A stretch of 64,000 bases of DNA, from NCBI RefSeq assembly GCF_037042905.1, contig NC_087250.1:22508001-22572000 (forward strand). The letters are read 5' to 3'. The position numbers were made by a program, and so were the translations under genes. Of the stretch, positions 12,372 to 25,700 are shown one piece after another; positions within the stretch are counted from its first letter, which is position 1; every line of letters begins with the position of its first letter. Below the pieces are notes generated by a model. The model worked only from the letters and a program-made list of their open reading frames with translations, ran no database searches and was not told the origin of the DNA. Origin of the DNA: Lytechinus pictus. Its lineage: Eukaryota.

Positions 12372-14040
12372 CCTTTCAAAACCAGCGCATATCCTTTCTT
12401 ATGCATCAATTAAATTACCTATTAACAAGTTGCCTACTGAATTGTCCAATTTCCAAAGGTTTTGTACAGAGGCGATCTAGTTTTAGTACGCGAAGGGTTA
12501 AAAATGCAATTTTTTTATGACACAACAGTGTAACCCTTCAAAACCAGCGCATATCATTTTTTTGTGCATCAATTACATTACCTATTAACCTATTGACTAC
12601 GGAATTATCTGATTTGCATAGGTTTTGTATGGAGACAATCTTATGGTTGTAGGCAAAGGGGTAAAAATTCCTTTACTTTTTTCTTATATTTCAAGGTGTG
12701 CTTAAGCCATCAAAAACTTTTCTACCTTTTACATTGTTATTTTTTTATAGTACCCTTCTACGTTTAGTACAATAATAATATGACAGAGATTTCTTTCAGG
12801 AATCGAATCCTGGACAAATTTTTGATAATGATATTGCAGGTATTTGTACGAGGGAAACTTGTTTTACTCTGATGAATATCATAATTAAAATGTATTTGTC
12901 TATCTCGGTAAGCAGCCCTTAAAAACAATGTAAACAACCCTGAAATTTATCATTTTATATGTATTTAATTAATAATTTCAATTTGAATAGTATTTGATAG
13001 TATATGTTTGTACATTGTATTTTGTATATAATAAAGCTATCATTATCATACGCAAGGCTGTATATTTTGATGTAAGTTGTATGTACTTAAATGACAAAAG
13101 AATATGTGTGCTTTATATATTTCATTTTCATTAGAAATTGGGGGTTACACGTATTAAAATACCAATAATACGTTAGACAGTAACAATAAATAACTACTAA
13201 TAATCATGGGTATACATGCATGTGTGCTATTTTTCTATGTGATAGATATTGATATGATTTATATTTCTTAATTTATGAAAGAAAAATGTAAAGATTATAT
13301 TTATGCCTCAAATCTCTTATTGAGATCATAGGCCTGAGCCCCATCTTACAAAGAGTTACGATCGATCCGATCAACCTCAAGTTTATGGAAATCCATCAAT
13401 GTCATCATTTATTCTTAAGGAAATTTGCACGATGTCCTTTGTAGACGAAGCGAGGCACGCTGAATTGTCATGACAGCCATGAACATGTTTAGGTCATATC
13501 TTGAAAATATTTTGAACAAACATGTATTTTAGATGTTGATGTAGCTGGATTTCCATAGTTGCGATTGATCAGATTAATCCCAAATATAATGACGGGCCCC
13601 TGACATTTGACGTTGGGAGTTCTTGTTAAAAGTACTCCCCATGGAGGAGTAAGTGATCTTTTTTCGGGAGAGCCAGAACCTGATATCCAGAGTTAATACT
13701 TGATCTGTAAAGGGCTTATTAGAAAAAAATGTCCAATGTTTGAGCAGTGTGTGAAAGTGGGATTTTATTCAACATATTTATGTTGTTATTTTCGTCGGTC
13801 AAGTTTCAAGGCTTGTTCCATTCCGATGTGAATATTTACGTCTATATTGATATTCTGTAGTTTTTTATCAAGGAAATAATGATAGAATTTTACCACTAAT
13901 AATAACTTTATTTCAATTCTTTGATGGTTTTACAGCTGTGAAATGAGAGTTAATATCATTTGAACATGAATAAAGCTAAGTCAACCGAACTTAGTTTTGC
14001 ACTCGGGATATGCATCTTTGTGCTTCTTTTTAAAATCTAC

Positions 14041-14629
14041 TTAAAGGACAAGTCCACCCCAACACAAATCTCATTTGAATAAAAAGAGAAAAATCCAACG
14101 AGCATAACACTGAAAATTTCATTAAAATCGGATGTAAAATATTAAAGTTATGACATTTTAAATTTTTGCTTAATTTCACAAAAAAAGTTATATGCACATC
14201 CTGGTCGGTATATGCAAATGAGGGAACTGATGACGTCACCTACTCACTATTACCTTTGTATTGTATTTTATTATATGAAATATTTAGATTTTCTCCTCAT
14301 TTTCCCGTGAAGTAGAGTTTTATTCCTTACTGGAATTACCATTCTTTTGATATTTTATGGTGGTCCTAGTTGTCAAATCTGTAAAATTAGAAATATTGCA
14401 TAATTCAAACGATAAAAAACAAAAAGAAATAGTGAAGAAAGGAAGGACATTGAATCTCTCATATGCATGTCACTGAGTCGTGCATATAACTCTTTTGTGA
14501 AAATTAAGCAAAACTTTAGAATGTCATAACTTTCGTTTTTTTAATCCGAGTTTAATGAGATTTTCAGCGTTACACCTCTCTTTTGATTCAAATCAATGTT
14601 TGTCTGGGGACGGTGGACTTGACCTTCAA
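14041..14629. mobile_element. Kolobok/T2-type non-autonomous TIR element (MITE), family A
   Basis: TTAA|AGGACAAGTCCACCCC ... GGTGGACTTGACCT|TCAA with long imperfect inverted arms. TTAA TSD plus AGG termini is the Kolobok/T2 signature. Near-identical copies occur elsewhere in the window. Confidence 0.8.
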
Positions 14630-15361
14630 CATAATTGGCTAGATATTCGAACCTGTTCGGTCTAAAATTATTTTAATGTAACACCCCCCCCCCCCCTTGG
14701 CCATGGGGGCTGGGCTTCGATTGATTGATTCGTCAGTTGGTTAGAAGATTAATTGATTAGTTGATTGATTGAGTGAGTGAGTGAGAGGGTGGGTGGGTGA
14801 GTGAGTGAGTGAGTGATTGTTTGATGGATTGATAGTGAAAGATAGGTTTAGAAAAAAGATGAGAATAAGTTAGAATAAGAATAACTGGATGAAAATCTTA
14901 GAAATTAATTGATTTGCAATTCCTGTAATTTCAATTTCAAGGTAAAAATGTTTAGGGACACATTCTTTATTATCCTTTCAAATTTGTTTCAGTGTCGCTT
15001 TTATTTAAAAAATTAAAAAAATCATATTTTAGAATATCAGATGCTGACGTTTTGTAATTTATATACCGTCCATTACCAATCGACAACAAAAAAATGGGAA
15101 AATGGAGATGGTGTATGATTAGGTTTATAGCTCGTGTGTAGGCCTAGGTCATTTAAAAAAAAAGTATAGTGTTTCGGTTTTAAGCTCGCGCATAGGCCTA
15201 CTGTCGATCCCTGTTCTAGTCAATATTTCTTTCTTTTAGTTAATATCCAAAATACTGTGTGATTGGTGTGAAATTGCTGAAATTTATGTGAAATTAAAAT
15301 CAATATCCAAAATAATGTGTGATGTGAATGATGTGAAATTGCTGGAAATCTCAAGAAAAAT

Positions 15362-15629
15362 CAGTGGCATACAGATGGGGCGGGGGGCTTGGGCCGCTTG
15401 CCCCCAACAATTTTCACGACCAAACAAATAGAAAAGGAAAGACAGAAGAAAGAAATGTGATGACATTTTCTGAATATGATGTCAAAATCTATCACCAAAA
15501 AATCTTTTTCTTATGAAGATGTCGGAATTATTGCTTGCTAGCTCAGTAGCTCTCGACATTTTATAAATTTGGCCCGATCGATACGCCATATCTCACCCCC
15601 TGAAAAATATTTCGCTCATTACGCCACTG
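15362..15629. mobile_element. hAT-like MITE (CAGTGGC..GCCACTG)
   Basis: TIR CAGTGGCATA/TACGCCACTG with flanks AGAAAAAT/AGAACAAT. A related copy lies at ~23140-23372. Confidence 0.65.
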
Positions 15630-16680
15630 AGAACAATCAATGACTAGATGTAATGACCATTTTTTATATGTTACCGAAATATTTCACCATGATATTATTC
15701 GTATTTGAAATCGTTATAATCCCCCCCCAAAAAAAAAAAAAAAAAAAAAGTATATTTTCAAAATGAATATCATATCAATCATTTTAACTGGCCAACGTGA
15801 CTTTGGGGGTAATTTTCTTATATTATACAACAATCAAAACAACGTGTAATATACAATCTAGAATATCCTTTAAACGCGATTATCAGTGTGCACAATTTCA
15901 TTTTAAATGACCCAACCACGACGGTGCGCCCCCTCCCCCCCCCCCCCCAGTCTGCAAGCACAGACCCTGATTGAAACTTTGATCTACAAGTGTCAAGTGT
16001 GTATCCATGCAAAGACTATAGCACATACAAAACTTGCTGTTTCAATTCTGAGCGAGAGTAGAGGGCCTTCAGTACACAAGGCATGAGTAGGCTGCAATTC
16101 AAACCCTTTACTCGAGTGAAGGGTTTGCGCAGCAGACTCCGCCCCCCCCCTCCCCTTTCCCTTCAGCAAACTACATTTCTCTAAAATGGGCCAATTTATT
16201 ATCTTTAGTTGGTTATTTGATCCTAAAATAATTGAAAACGGATTATTGACGTTGCATTAGGCTACTTTATTTTACTTGAGTGTTTGATTTACAAAAAAAT
16301 GGCTTGATTGCCACTTTGAAGCAAATTCGCCCCCACATAGGCAGAATTTTTCGATTTAGCGAATATGATTTCTGGTTATATTACAATGGGCATATCCACA
16401 GTCATGCATAGACTGAAATTATCAGTTAACCCAAACTGACACTTATTCGGCTTTGTTTTAATTTGTCACTGGCCGCTCTATTAATTACAGTATATGTTTT
16501 AAAAAAATAATTACGTAGAAAAAGTCAAAATGCTCGAAGCAGAAGGCACAGAATATTCAAAGTGCGGCAATTAGCATTGAAAGAATGTGCCTATATTCCT
16601 CATTTTAATTGCACACTAATTTATTTATTTCTTCAAAGCCAAACAAATCGTAGATCCCATCTTATGGTTGTATGCAATCT

Positions 16681-17348
16681 CAGGGGCCGCGGAACGGTTT
16701 TGAAAGTAAGGGGGGCTGGGCCAAAAGAGGGGGGAGCTGACCATGCAAAAAATCACAATCAGATGGTCCTTTTTGTTCATTGTTGTACACGGATTTTGAA
16801 GAAAAAAAAAGAGAGTGGGGGCTGAAGCCCGCCCCTCCCCCCAGTTCCGCAGCCCCTGTGCATATAGCTCTGGCATTCAATTAAACAATGAAGGTGTTTC
16901 TTTAGCACTTTTCGTAAAACAAACAATAAATCTTAAGAATAAGAAGCATAAGATAAGAAACATAATTATGCAGATTGGTAGAAAAAGGTAGCAACTTTTT
17001 TTATTATATAACAGACAGTTGGAGAGATAAAAACATTTCTAGTACATAGACCTACACTTAATATAACATTTTTTTCTGATCAAACCAGAGAGGAGATTTG
17101 GAATTAACTAAATAGTATGTTAAGATCAATAATCAAGAGATCAGCCTATATACTTATGTCTTTTTTTTCTCGGGGAAAATCCATCAGAATAAATTTTTGA
17201 AATGCTATATCCCGGCCAAAAATACGCATTATCTTTTTTTTTTATTGCCCAATGATTTATAAATGCAGGGGCCGCGGAACCGAGCGGCTGCATGGGTGGG
17301 CTTCTGCCCCCCCCCCCCCTCACTTTCAAAACCGTTCTGCGGCCCCTG
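16681..17348. mobile_element. Two short CAGGGGCCGCGGAAC-terminated MITEs (16681-16858 and 17266-17348) in inverted orientation
   Basis: Each has TIR CAGGGGCCGCGGAAC / GTTC(C/T)GC(A/G)GCCCCTG. They share GGTTTTGAAAGT..GGGGGG in opposite orientation. Confidence 0.6.
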
Positions 17349-18499
17349 CAATGTTTGCCTGACTGAGCTGCTGCAGCTTCTCAGCTTCTTTGGTTACGAA
17401 GGGCTCGAACCACACCAGCTTTTCCTCATTTGTAGTATATATAGGCACTCTATCTTTAAAATATTTGCAAAAATGTGCCGTATTCATAACGTGTACCGAC
17501 TATGGTTACCTTGTCAACATGTCAAATTCCCTGGTAACATTGTTCTAACCTCACCAAACATTTGTGAATGAACAAATGTTAACTTTAAAAAAACAACGAA
17601 AGCAGAAGAAGAATGCAATATATAGTAATACAAAATGACGGATTTGCCCCCAAAATCATATTATCAACCAACCAAACATTTACTTTGTTCGTTTGTTTAT
17701 GTACAGTTTTGAATATTGTTATGATAAACTGTATTTTTCATCTTTGTGTATTGTTAAAGCCATTAGCCATTGGAAAAAATTATTTGTATGCATACATTGA
17801 CCAATAAAAGAATATTTGTTTCTTTTTTTAATGATGTGCAATTTTTAATTGTAGAGGGTACTTATTTAAGGCGTGATGATTAGTATAGTTCTCTATGCGC
17901 GTTACAATTATTAATAGGCAAAAAGTAACAATTCATCAACTTTTACAATAACATAAACTAAAATATAATAGGCCTATTACTAAAAATAACAAAGAAAGGG
18001 GAATTAACTGAAACAGGTCGACAGTGCCTCATTGATATGCATAATGTAAAATAATTAACATGGTAATAACCAGATACAAATACGAGAAATTAAGAACAAA
18101 ATGAGGTAGGCCTACAGGCCAAATGAAAAATATACTGACCTTGATAAAAGAATGTCATCTTCCTGCATTTGGTTGTGAAACATAAAATAATCACATTAAT
18201 ATCAACGCCCATCTCAAATTTGACGGCATGATTCGTTTCAGATTAGTAATCTAATACTTTGTTTATTGCATCATCATCTGTACGGGAGGGTAGGTATAGT
18301 CCTGTCGATCTCCCGGTCGTAAACACTTGATGCATAATTATAAGACTAACAAGTACAGTGCGGGCGTGGATGTCAGACAATTTCAAAATGTTTGCTTGAC
18401 CAAAAAGAATCTAATCCGTATTCAAATGAGTTGAAATGAGTATTGCACCTTGTATATTCATGTTACCCTATAATGGTAATAAACTAATTTTTATCATTT

Positions 18500-18780
18500 A
18501 TTTATGAGTTACCAATAAAACTTTTATTGGTTTTAGACCAATAAAACAATCTCGAATTTTGAATACCAACTAATATTGCTGGACATCACACAATAATAGC
18601 TACTGAAATCAAAGTGGATTAGCGCCAGCTCTTGTCGATGTGCGGCAAGGTTAATTGCGAAATCTCGTCCCGTCATATGAGATGATCGTCGCAATTAATT
18701 GTACGCTGCTTGTGTTTTGATTGAGATTAGATTTGGGTCTTGACGCTCTCGCAACGGACGTGTTATTACTTTGGTGAGTT
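18500..18780 (+). promoter_or_regulatory. Probable glutaredoxin promoter and non-coding first exon
   Basis: Clustered CCAAT/ATTGG boxes at 18512-18542, a CpG-richer segment, and a consensus donor TTG|gtgagt at 18774 upstream of the acceptor at 19713. Confidence 0.45.
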
Positions 18781-19755
18781 ACTACTTAATTCTAAAAGTA
18801 TGTCGTTTGTGTATAAAACAGAAGAATATGTGTTCATGTTCTGCGTTGTTATAAAGTAGATGGGTGGGAAATTTTGTCCTGGGACTCCTGCCCTGCAAAA
18901 GCCAAACGGGTCACTGTCCTCGCTCTGCCCGATGAAGTCCCGGGGATCGGGAGCGAACCGTCGTCTGCAGACTGACGTTAGTTCCTCTGTTTTTTCGAGT
19001 CGAGCGACGCGGGCCTTGGTTCTTGGCTTGAACAATTCACGTGAAGACCTAAGTTAGACAGGAATGACCGTCGTCTCAGGGGATTTAAATAACAATTTCT
19101 GACATTGTTGTCGTGGATGACTCTGTTTTCTGGTGGCAACATGAAAGGCACCTGCATCATTTTTCAAAAAAATGTCAACCATTTATATCTGCCATAATTC
19201 CACATTTTGCATGGCTATTACTATTTGGCATTAGGCATCAAAGTTAGTCAGTTGTTTAACGCTGGTTGTTAACTTTATGGACTCTAAACAGTTAATTCGA
19301 AGGAAAAATCGGAAGCATTACAGGATCACCCACTTCTTCCGTATGATGATGATGATGAAAGGAGAGGAAAGGCAAAGTGTGTTTAAAAAAAAAAAAAGCA
19401 AACCAAATCAATGTCACAGAAGTGAGTGAGAGAAGTGAGAAGAGCTAACATTATAGGAAACTGCTGGCTGCCCAAGATTCAAATTGTTTTTCTTTTGTTA
19501 GCCTTTTCTGCATTATACTTTTGTTTTAAACTTTCTTTTTACAAATCAATATTTCCATCAATGTTTAAATTTTCTATTTATATAATTGCAGTGTTTTATT
19601 TCAACCTTTATGTCAACAGATGGTCTTTCTTAATCATATAGAATTAAATTGTTATCACTTTTTTTGAACAGACAAAATATTTCATTCATTATTTGCTGTC
19701 CTCATTGTTACAGGAAACCTTTGTGAATCATTCAAATCCTTAAAATCTCGTCATC

Positions 19756-22700
19756 ATGGGTGGTTTATTCTCATCTGAAGAAGTCAACATGGACGGCAAA
19801 GAAGCTACGTTCATAAGAGGTAAGAAAACTAGAAATAGTACTAGTAGAAGATTTGGGAAGACATTTGAGGGCCTTGCATAGCCTAGGGCTAATGGATGAT
19901 ATAGGCCTACCCTTGAATAAGATTTTTTTTTTTAATGTAAAACCTTTCTCTGATCTTGGTACTCTCTTTATTTGTCTTTTAAATTACAAATTTAATAGGT
20001 GGATATTAGAAATCTACATTATCTTTAAATTCCAGCTTATTCCATACTTGAGAATACACAGATGTTTTAGGTGTTGATCAGGTTCTTGATAAAATAAATC
20101 TTCCTGTAAGATCTTTAAGAATGTTAACTGTCCACACATAATGGTTTCCGGACATACATTATATGTGTTCGGAAGTATGAACTGAAACAGTCGCAAACAG
20201 TTTTAACAGATTTAACTGAAAAATCTTAAAGTTTTTTGGTTGGTTTGTTTTGTTATTGGGTATTCGATTCGCAAGGTACAGGTTACAAGTCAGATTGAAA
20301 ATGCTGAGTAATCTTTAGTAAAAACATTAAGTTGGGGGGGGGTGGGAGGTTAACATCAGAATTAAAGAATGAGACAGTAATTATTTTTTTGTAATAGATC
20401 TATACTATGAATATATCTGTTTTGTGTTTTACTTTTTTTATGAACCAGGAATAACACATGACAAGTGTGTTGTAGTCTTCTCCAAGACTCACTGTCCATT
20501 TTGTCACAAGGTGAAGAAAATCTTTGAGGACTATGACGCTAATTATGAAGTTGTCGAGCTGGACAAACGTTCTGATACGAGTGCAATGCAAGCTGTCCTT
20601 GGCAAAATGACTGGTGCTTCTACGGTAAGAACATGCTGATCAAATATTAAGCCTTATGTCTATATGATCTTTTAATCTTCAAATTGGCCTTATTAGCTAT
20701 TCTCTTGTTTTCAATTTTCTTTTTTGAAATCACGTACTTGGGTAAGGGAGAGGTGCTTAAACGGTAACATATAGTGATTCTGATTTCTCAAATAAATTTA
20801 TTTTATTCATCTTTTATCCTTCTAATTGGTAACATAAATAAACAATTTGGCAAATTGAATTAAATACTTTAAAAAAATTAAAAGCCTTTTTTGTTCAGCT
20901 TTCGTCTACCAAATTTGCAACAAACATTTGGGACAATGAAGTATTAGAACCCTGATTTAATCAGCTTTGGCAACATTCTCTTTAAATATTTTGTATGTAT
21001 TTATATTTATCAGAAATGGAAAGAAAACCCTTTGTGAAATGCTCCCCTAATGAGATTGTGAGAATTTTAGAAACTAAATATTTGAAACTAATTTTTGAAT
21101 AAATGAATATGTTACAATGGCAATAGTATAAATTTACACATGTCGACTGTAGTCAAGAAGTCATCTCTAGATTATTGTGAGCAGCACTAATTTTTTTTAC
21201 TTTCCTCCACAGAGGTACTTAAAAAGCATCCACAGAAGTGTTGTTCAATTTGCTTTAAATTTACACTTAATAATATAGACATTGCATTTATGCTAATACG
21301 ATAAAATCAGCACAAATCAGGCCTGATATTTAAATAGTATGCACTTCGGTATTTTATAGAAAATCCTGCAACAATCAGTTCAAAGGTTCACTTGACATTC
21401 TTAAAGTCTATGCATACATTACTGTGTATATATGTTCTCTTAATGTGTGTGTCTCCACCAAAATCATTACCTGTTGGGTTTGAATGTGTATCATATGATT
21501 TCAATATGTTTTTATTTAATTTCTCTTGCATTTGTCTGTAGTGTGCTATTATAAAGCCCTGTGTCCTTTATCCCCTTGATGACATTTTCCTCTTGTGATG
21601 TCACAGGAGGCAGAATTGCTTTGCAACTTGCTATAACTATGTAGTCTGCAGGCACAGACCCTAAGTTTTCACAATTTGCATAATACACAATGCAGAGTCT
21701 GAAGAAGTGAGACTAGATTCACTATGTGGCTGACACAGAGAGTCTTTGGAGTCTAGTCTTCACCCCAGACCTGTTATTGGTTGAAGTGTCAAACATATGA
21801 GTCTATGCTTGCAGACTAATTATTTGCCATTATTGCATCACAAATTACAAGTCATACAATACCATCTCACAACCTTAATAACAACAAAAAAAACATTTTT
21901 GACAAAGAAGTAACTGCATTGTATGACACTTTTAACCCAATAGGTTATGATTTGTTGATGGAACACGTACGTGCATAGCGCCAACTTAATGTGTTCCGCC
22001 ATCTTGCTTGTTGGTTGCCGATAAAATGCGCATTTTCAGATTTGTTAACGCTCAGTTATTACCCATGACTGAAACATTGACCAATCAAAAACTAAGATTC
22101 TATAAGAAATATGAATATTCATATACGAAAGTATAAACATAGATAATTCAGTTTTATGTGAAATTTAAACCCAATACTTCAAAATATGGTTAGTTTTATG
22201 TCTCTAAAATGACCCTTAAAACCAGAATTTTATTACTAAAAAATAAAGGTTTTCCAAAGTTGCCATGGTAATGCGGTCTGAGATATAAAAGCTTAGCAAA
22301 CACTTCATTTCAGTGATCGAGGATGTATTTGTTTACGGTATACGTCTACATAAATTATAACATTTTTTTCCAGACCATGGATGAACTTTCAAAAAGAGAC
22401 ATTTTAGGCAATTTTTTACGATTTCCGGCAATTTTCTGACACAGGCACTTTGAAGAGGTAATTTTTACAGAATTAGAAGAAGACATCATGGATTTTCCTA
22501 ATTATCACGACGGATATGCAACTTACTCGTAAACAAATCAAACAAAGTCTATGATACATTTTCGATAATGCAAAAAGAGACATTCAAGTCTCTGATTGAG
22601 AGCCGCAGATTGAACATTCGCACGGCGCAATGGTAGCGTTTTCGCCGAATTCGTCGGGGCGAAAACTCCAAGCGAGCCGTACCACTCACCAGTCCCGAAC

Positions 22701-25700
22701 GCTGCGCTGTATGTTTGATGATTTATCTGGTGCCATTTTGTGCTTATAAATTTGTTTTTTCTACAATGCCACTATCTCATTAAAATTGTTTGTCATGATA
22801 ACATTGGAAATATTATCGTTTAATGGCCCAAAGGATCGACTGTAATACAATATACTTTGAAATATTGTCAGAGAGTGATTAGTTAGGTGATGTTTATGGT
22901 CAGAATTTAGTCATGGCTTCGGTCGAACTTACGCGAACGCGGTCACTTGCTCACGGGGCGAGTCGGCCTGGCCCTTTGGTGGAAGGCCGTTAGGCAACGT
23001 GCAGTGCAGCTAGAGCAGAGTTGGGGAGTTATAGGTATAAAAATACTTTGAAATAAGTAATCTGCAAATATTTTTGTCTTATCCCTTTGGATTACTTAGA
23101 TAAGAAATTCAAATTCTCAAAGTTTAAATCAAATTTTAGACAGTGACAACAAAGAGTGTATGGGGGGGGGGTGGGTCTTGCATGCCCCCAATTCACGAAC
23201 AAGAAAAAAAAAGGAAAAGGTAAGAGAATCTTGCGAAATTGTTCAATTGGATTTTTGTAACCAAAAGTCAAAATTATGCTTATGTCGCTTGCTTGCAACT
23301 ATATATTTTATAAATTTTGCCTGATACGCCATATCGTAGTACCCTCAATTATTTTCACTTGTTACGCCACTGACATGACTGATATAACATCTACTAGTTT
23401 ATGATAACATTATTTGGTTGCGGGATCAAAGCATCAGCTATAGCTAAACATTTATACTTTATGCCTGTTCAACTTCCAATACAGGTTTAGGCCTGTATTT
23501 ATGAGATGTTAAGATCTATGGGTGCCTTTATTATTTTCATTTTCAATTAAAACAATTATTAATTATGTACTAATTTAGTATTAACCTCGATGATACATTT
23601 TATTGTGTTAAATCGTACAATTTCTGTTGTATTAAGCCCCTTATTAAGCCCTTTTAAAATCATGCTCAGTAGCAGACCCCCCCCCCATATATAAAGACAA
23701 TAGAAGTGTATATAGAATTAATTGACCCCCCCTATTGAGGACAAAATGAAATAAAATACTCAAAATAATCGACCGCCCCCCCCCCCCCCCCTTTGACGAG
23801 GCAGCTGTCGGTGGCCTGATGTCTTCATTGACTTCTTTTTGCTTGTAAAAATAATATTAAAGAAATAGGGACTACCGGTACTCTAAGTGTCCCCTATGAA
23901 AATTGATTTGGATCTGCAAGTGCATGAGGCTGCGCCCCCTCCAACGTCATAGCTACCCCATATCTTTAGGTTCTAGCTCTCATATTTTTCAGCTCCCTGA
24001 TTTTTTGGAAAAAAAAAACGAGGCGAAAGAAAAGAGTGAAATAAATGAAATACGATTAATCAAAATTTGAGTTGTTTGAAAGAATTATACTTATCAGAGA
24101 AACTAAATTAAATTCTACAACCATGAAGAATAACAGCAATCTTGATAAATTCTTTTTTTTTTCAAAATCAGAACCAATCAACCTTTTTCTGATTATTCTG
24201 TCACTTTCCATATTTTGGAGAAAAAAATAAAAGTGTTCATCGACGCCCTGTACTGCATGATGAAACTGTATCCCCACTCGGCCCTCGTAACCCCCCCCCC
24301 CTCTCTCTCTCTCCCCCCCCCCCCCCACAATGCCCCTTGCTCATTTCTCTTATCTCACCTTGACCTTAATTAATTAATCTTAACTATTTGGCGGTACAGT
24401 CAAACGTGACTGGTCGCCATCATAGTTTCATCCCCAACAAACAAGGAACAAACAATAACAATTCTGTTTTTCGACACAACATCATTCCTTTCAATACGCG
24501 TAAGGCTATACGTGGGCATGCACAAACAACGTGGGTTAACAAAAACTGACCCGCGTTTGGACTGAAATTGTGATTAAAATAAAAATGTTATAAATATGAA
24601 AAAAATATGTGTATAATGAAGGAGATTTGATAAACGGAAAAACATCAATCGCTAATTCATAAAAATGCTGGAAAAGATTTGACAGAGGTTTTTAACAACG
24701 GTAATCAAGGGGAATTAGTGTATGGGTGAATGGCGTTCGAGTTTTAGCCGAGCGTTAGCCGGTGAGGGCGCGGGCCAAATCTGCCTGAATCTGGCAATAT
24801 GGCGTCGTCCATTAAGCTGACGTTAGCCAGCGGCGACTGCACGTACGTGGGAAAGACTCATCACATTAAGAGAAGATATTTTGCATAAATGTAAGGGGAC
24901 ATTTCAACTATTCCAACAACATGTAGAGATAGGTATATGTATTTACAAAAAAAGATGTAGCCAATATGATGTCAATTTAGACAGTTTGACTCATCTTAGC
25001 CAAAAGACCACTGAATAGATGTGTATTTAGAGCATAAAATTATTTCAGTCCATACGTTTATAGTAAAAAAAGAAAATGATCATTACTTCATGTCACTTTT
25101 GGGTAATGTTACAAAATATCAAGTACCACTGCTGCATAATTGAAGATCAATATATTTTTTCAAGTATCGTAACCGTATATGCGTAGGTATATCGTTTACA
25201 TACCAGTACATCTACATGTACAAATGGGACTGTGATGATTTAAAGTTTTGATATAAATTGTTTGAAGAAAGATTTTATTTCACCATCAGTGATGTGATTA
25301 ACTAGGGAAAGTTTAATTATCAAACTGTTGATTTAGATAAAAAAAATTACCGGGAAAAAGAAAGCAAAACAATGAAAAGTTTTATTAAATTTGGCTGTAA
25401 AATACAGAAGTTGAATGATATTTCATGGGAGTTTTACTTATTTCAGTCAAACAGTATGTAGTTGATATTCAGAGTGCTTGTACTTAAATTAAAAAAATAT
25501 ATTGAAAATGCCTGTGGAGTAGTCTGCAGGCATAGACCCATGTTTTTTGTTTTTTTACAATTTTGCATAGTGCATAATGAGTAGTGAGACTAGATTCACT
25601 TGTACAGTGGTTGGCTTGACAGAGAGAGAGACTTTGGAGTGTAGTCTTCACTCTAGACATGGTTTTAGTTACGTCCCTGGTTAAAGTATCAAATATGAGT

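Noticed and set aside
14030..14239. Recurrent ORF 'KCHNFLILHPILMKFSVLC' (also at 26785, 42727, 59431)
   Set aside because: Chance ORFs within copies of the same non-coding Kolobok-type MITE.
18925..18985. Hammerhead-ribozyme-like string CCGATGAAG-stem-CGAAC-stem-TT
   Set aside because: The core deviates from CUGANGA/GAAA at two invariant positions and no stem I pairing was found. The region is kept only as an unexplained island.
21964..24849. Possible Transib or RAG-like transposon (CAC..GTG ends)
   Set aside because: The flanking duplication is 4 bp rather than 5 bp, there is no RSS-like heptamer/nonamer, and no RAG-like ORF is visible.
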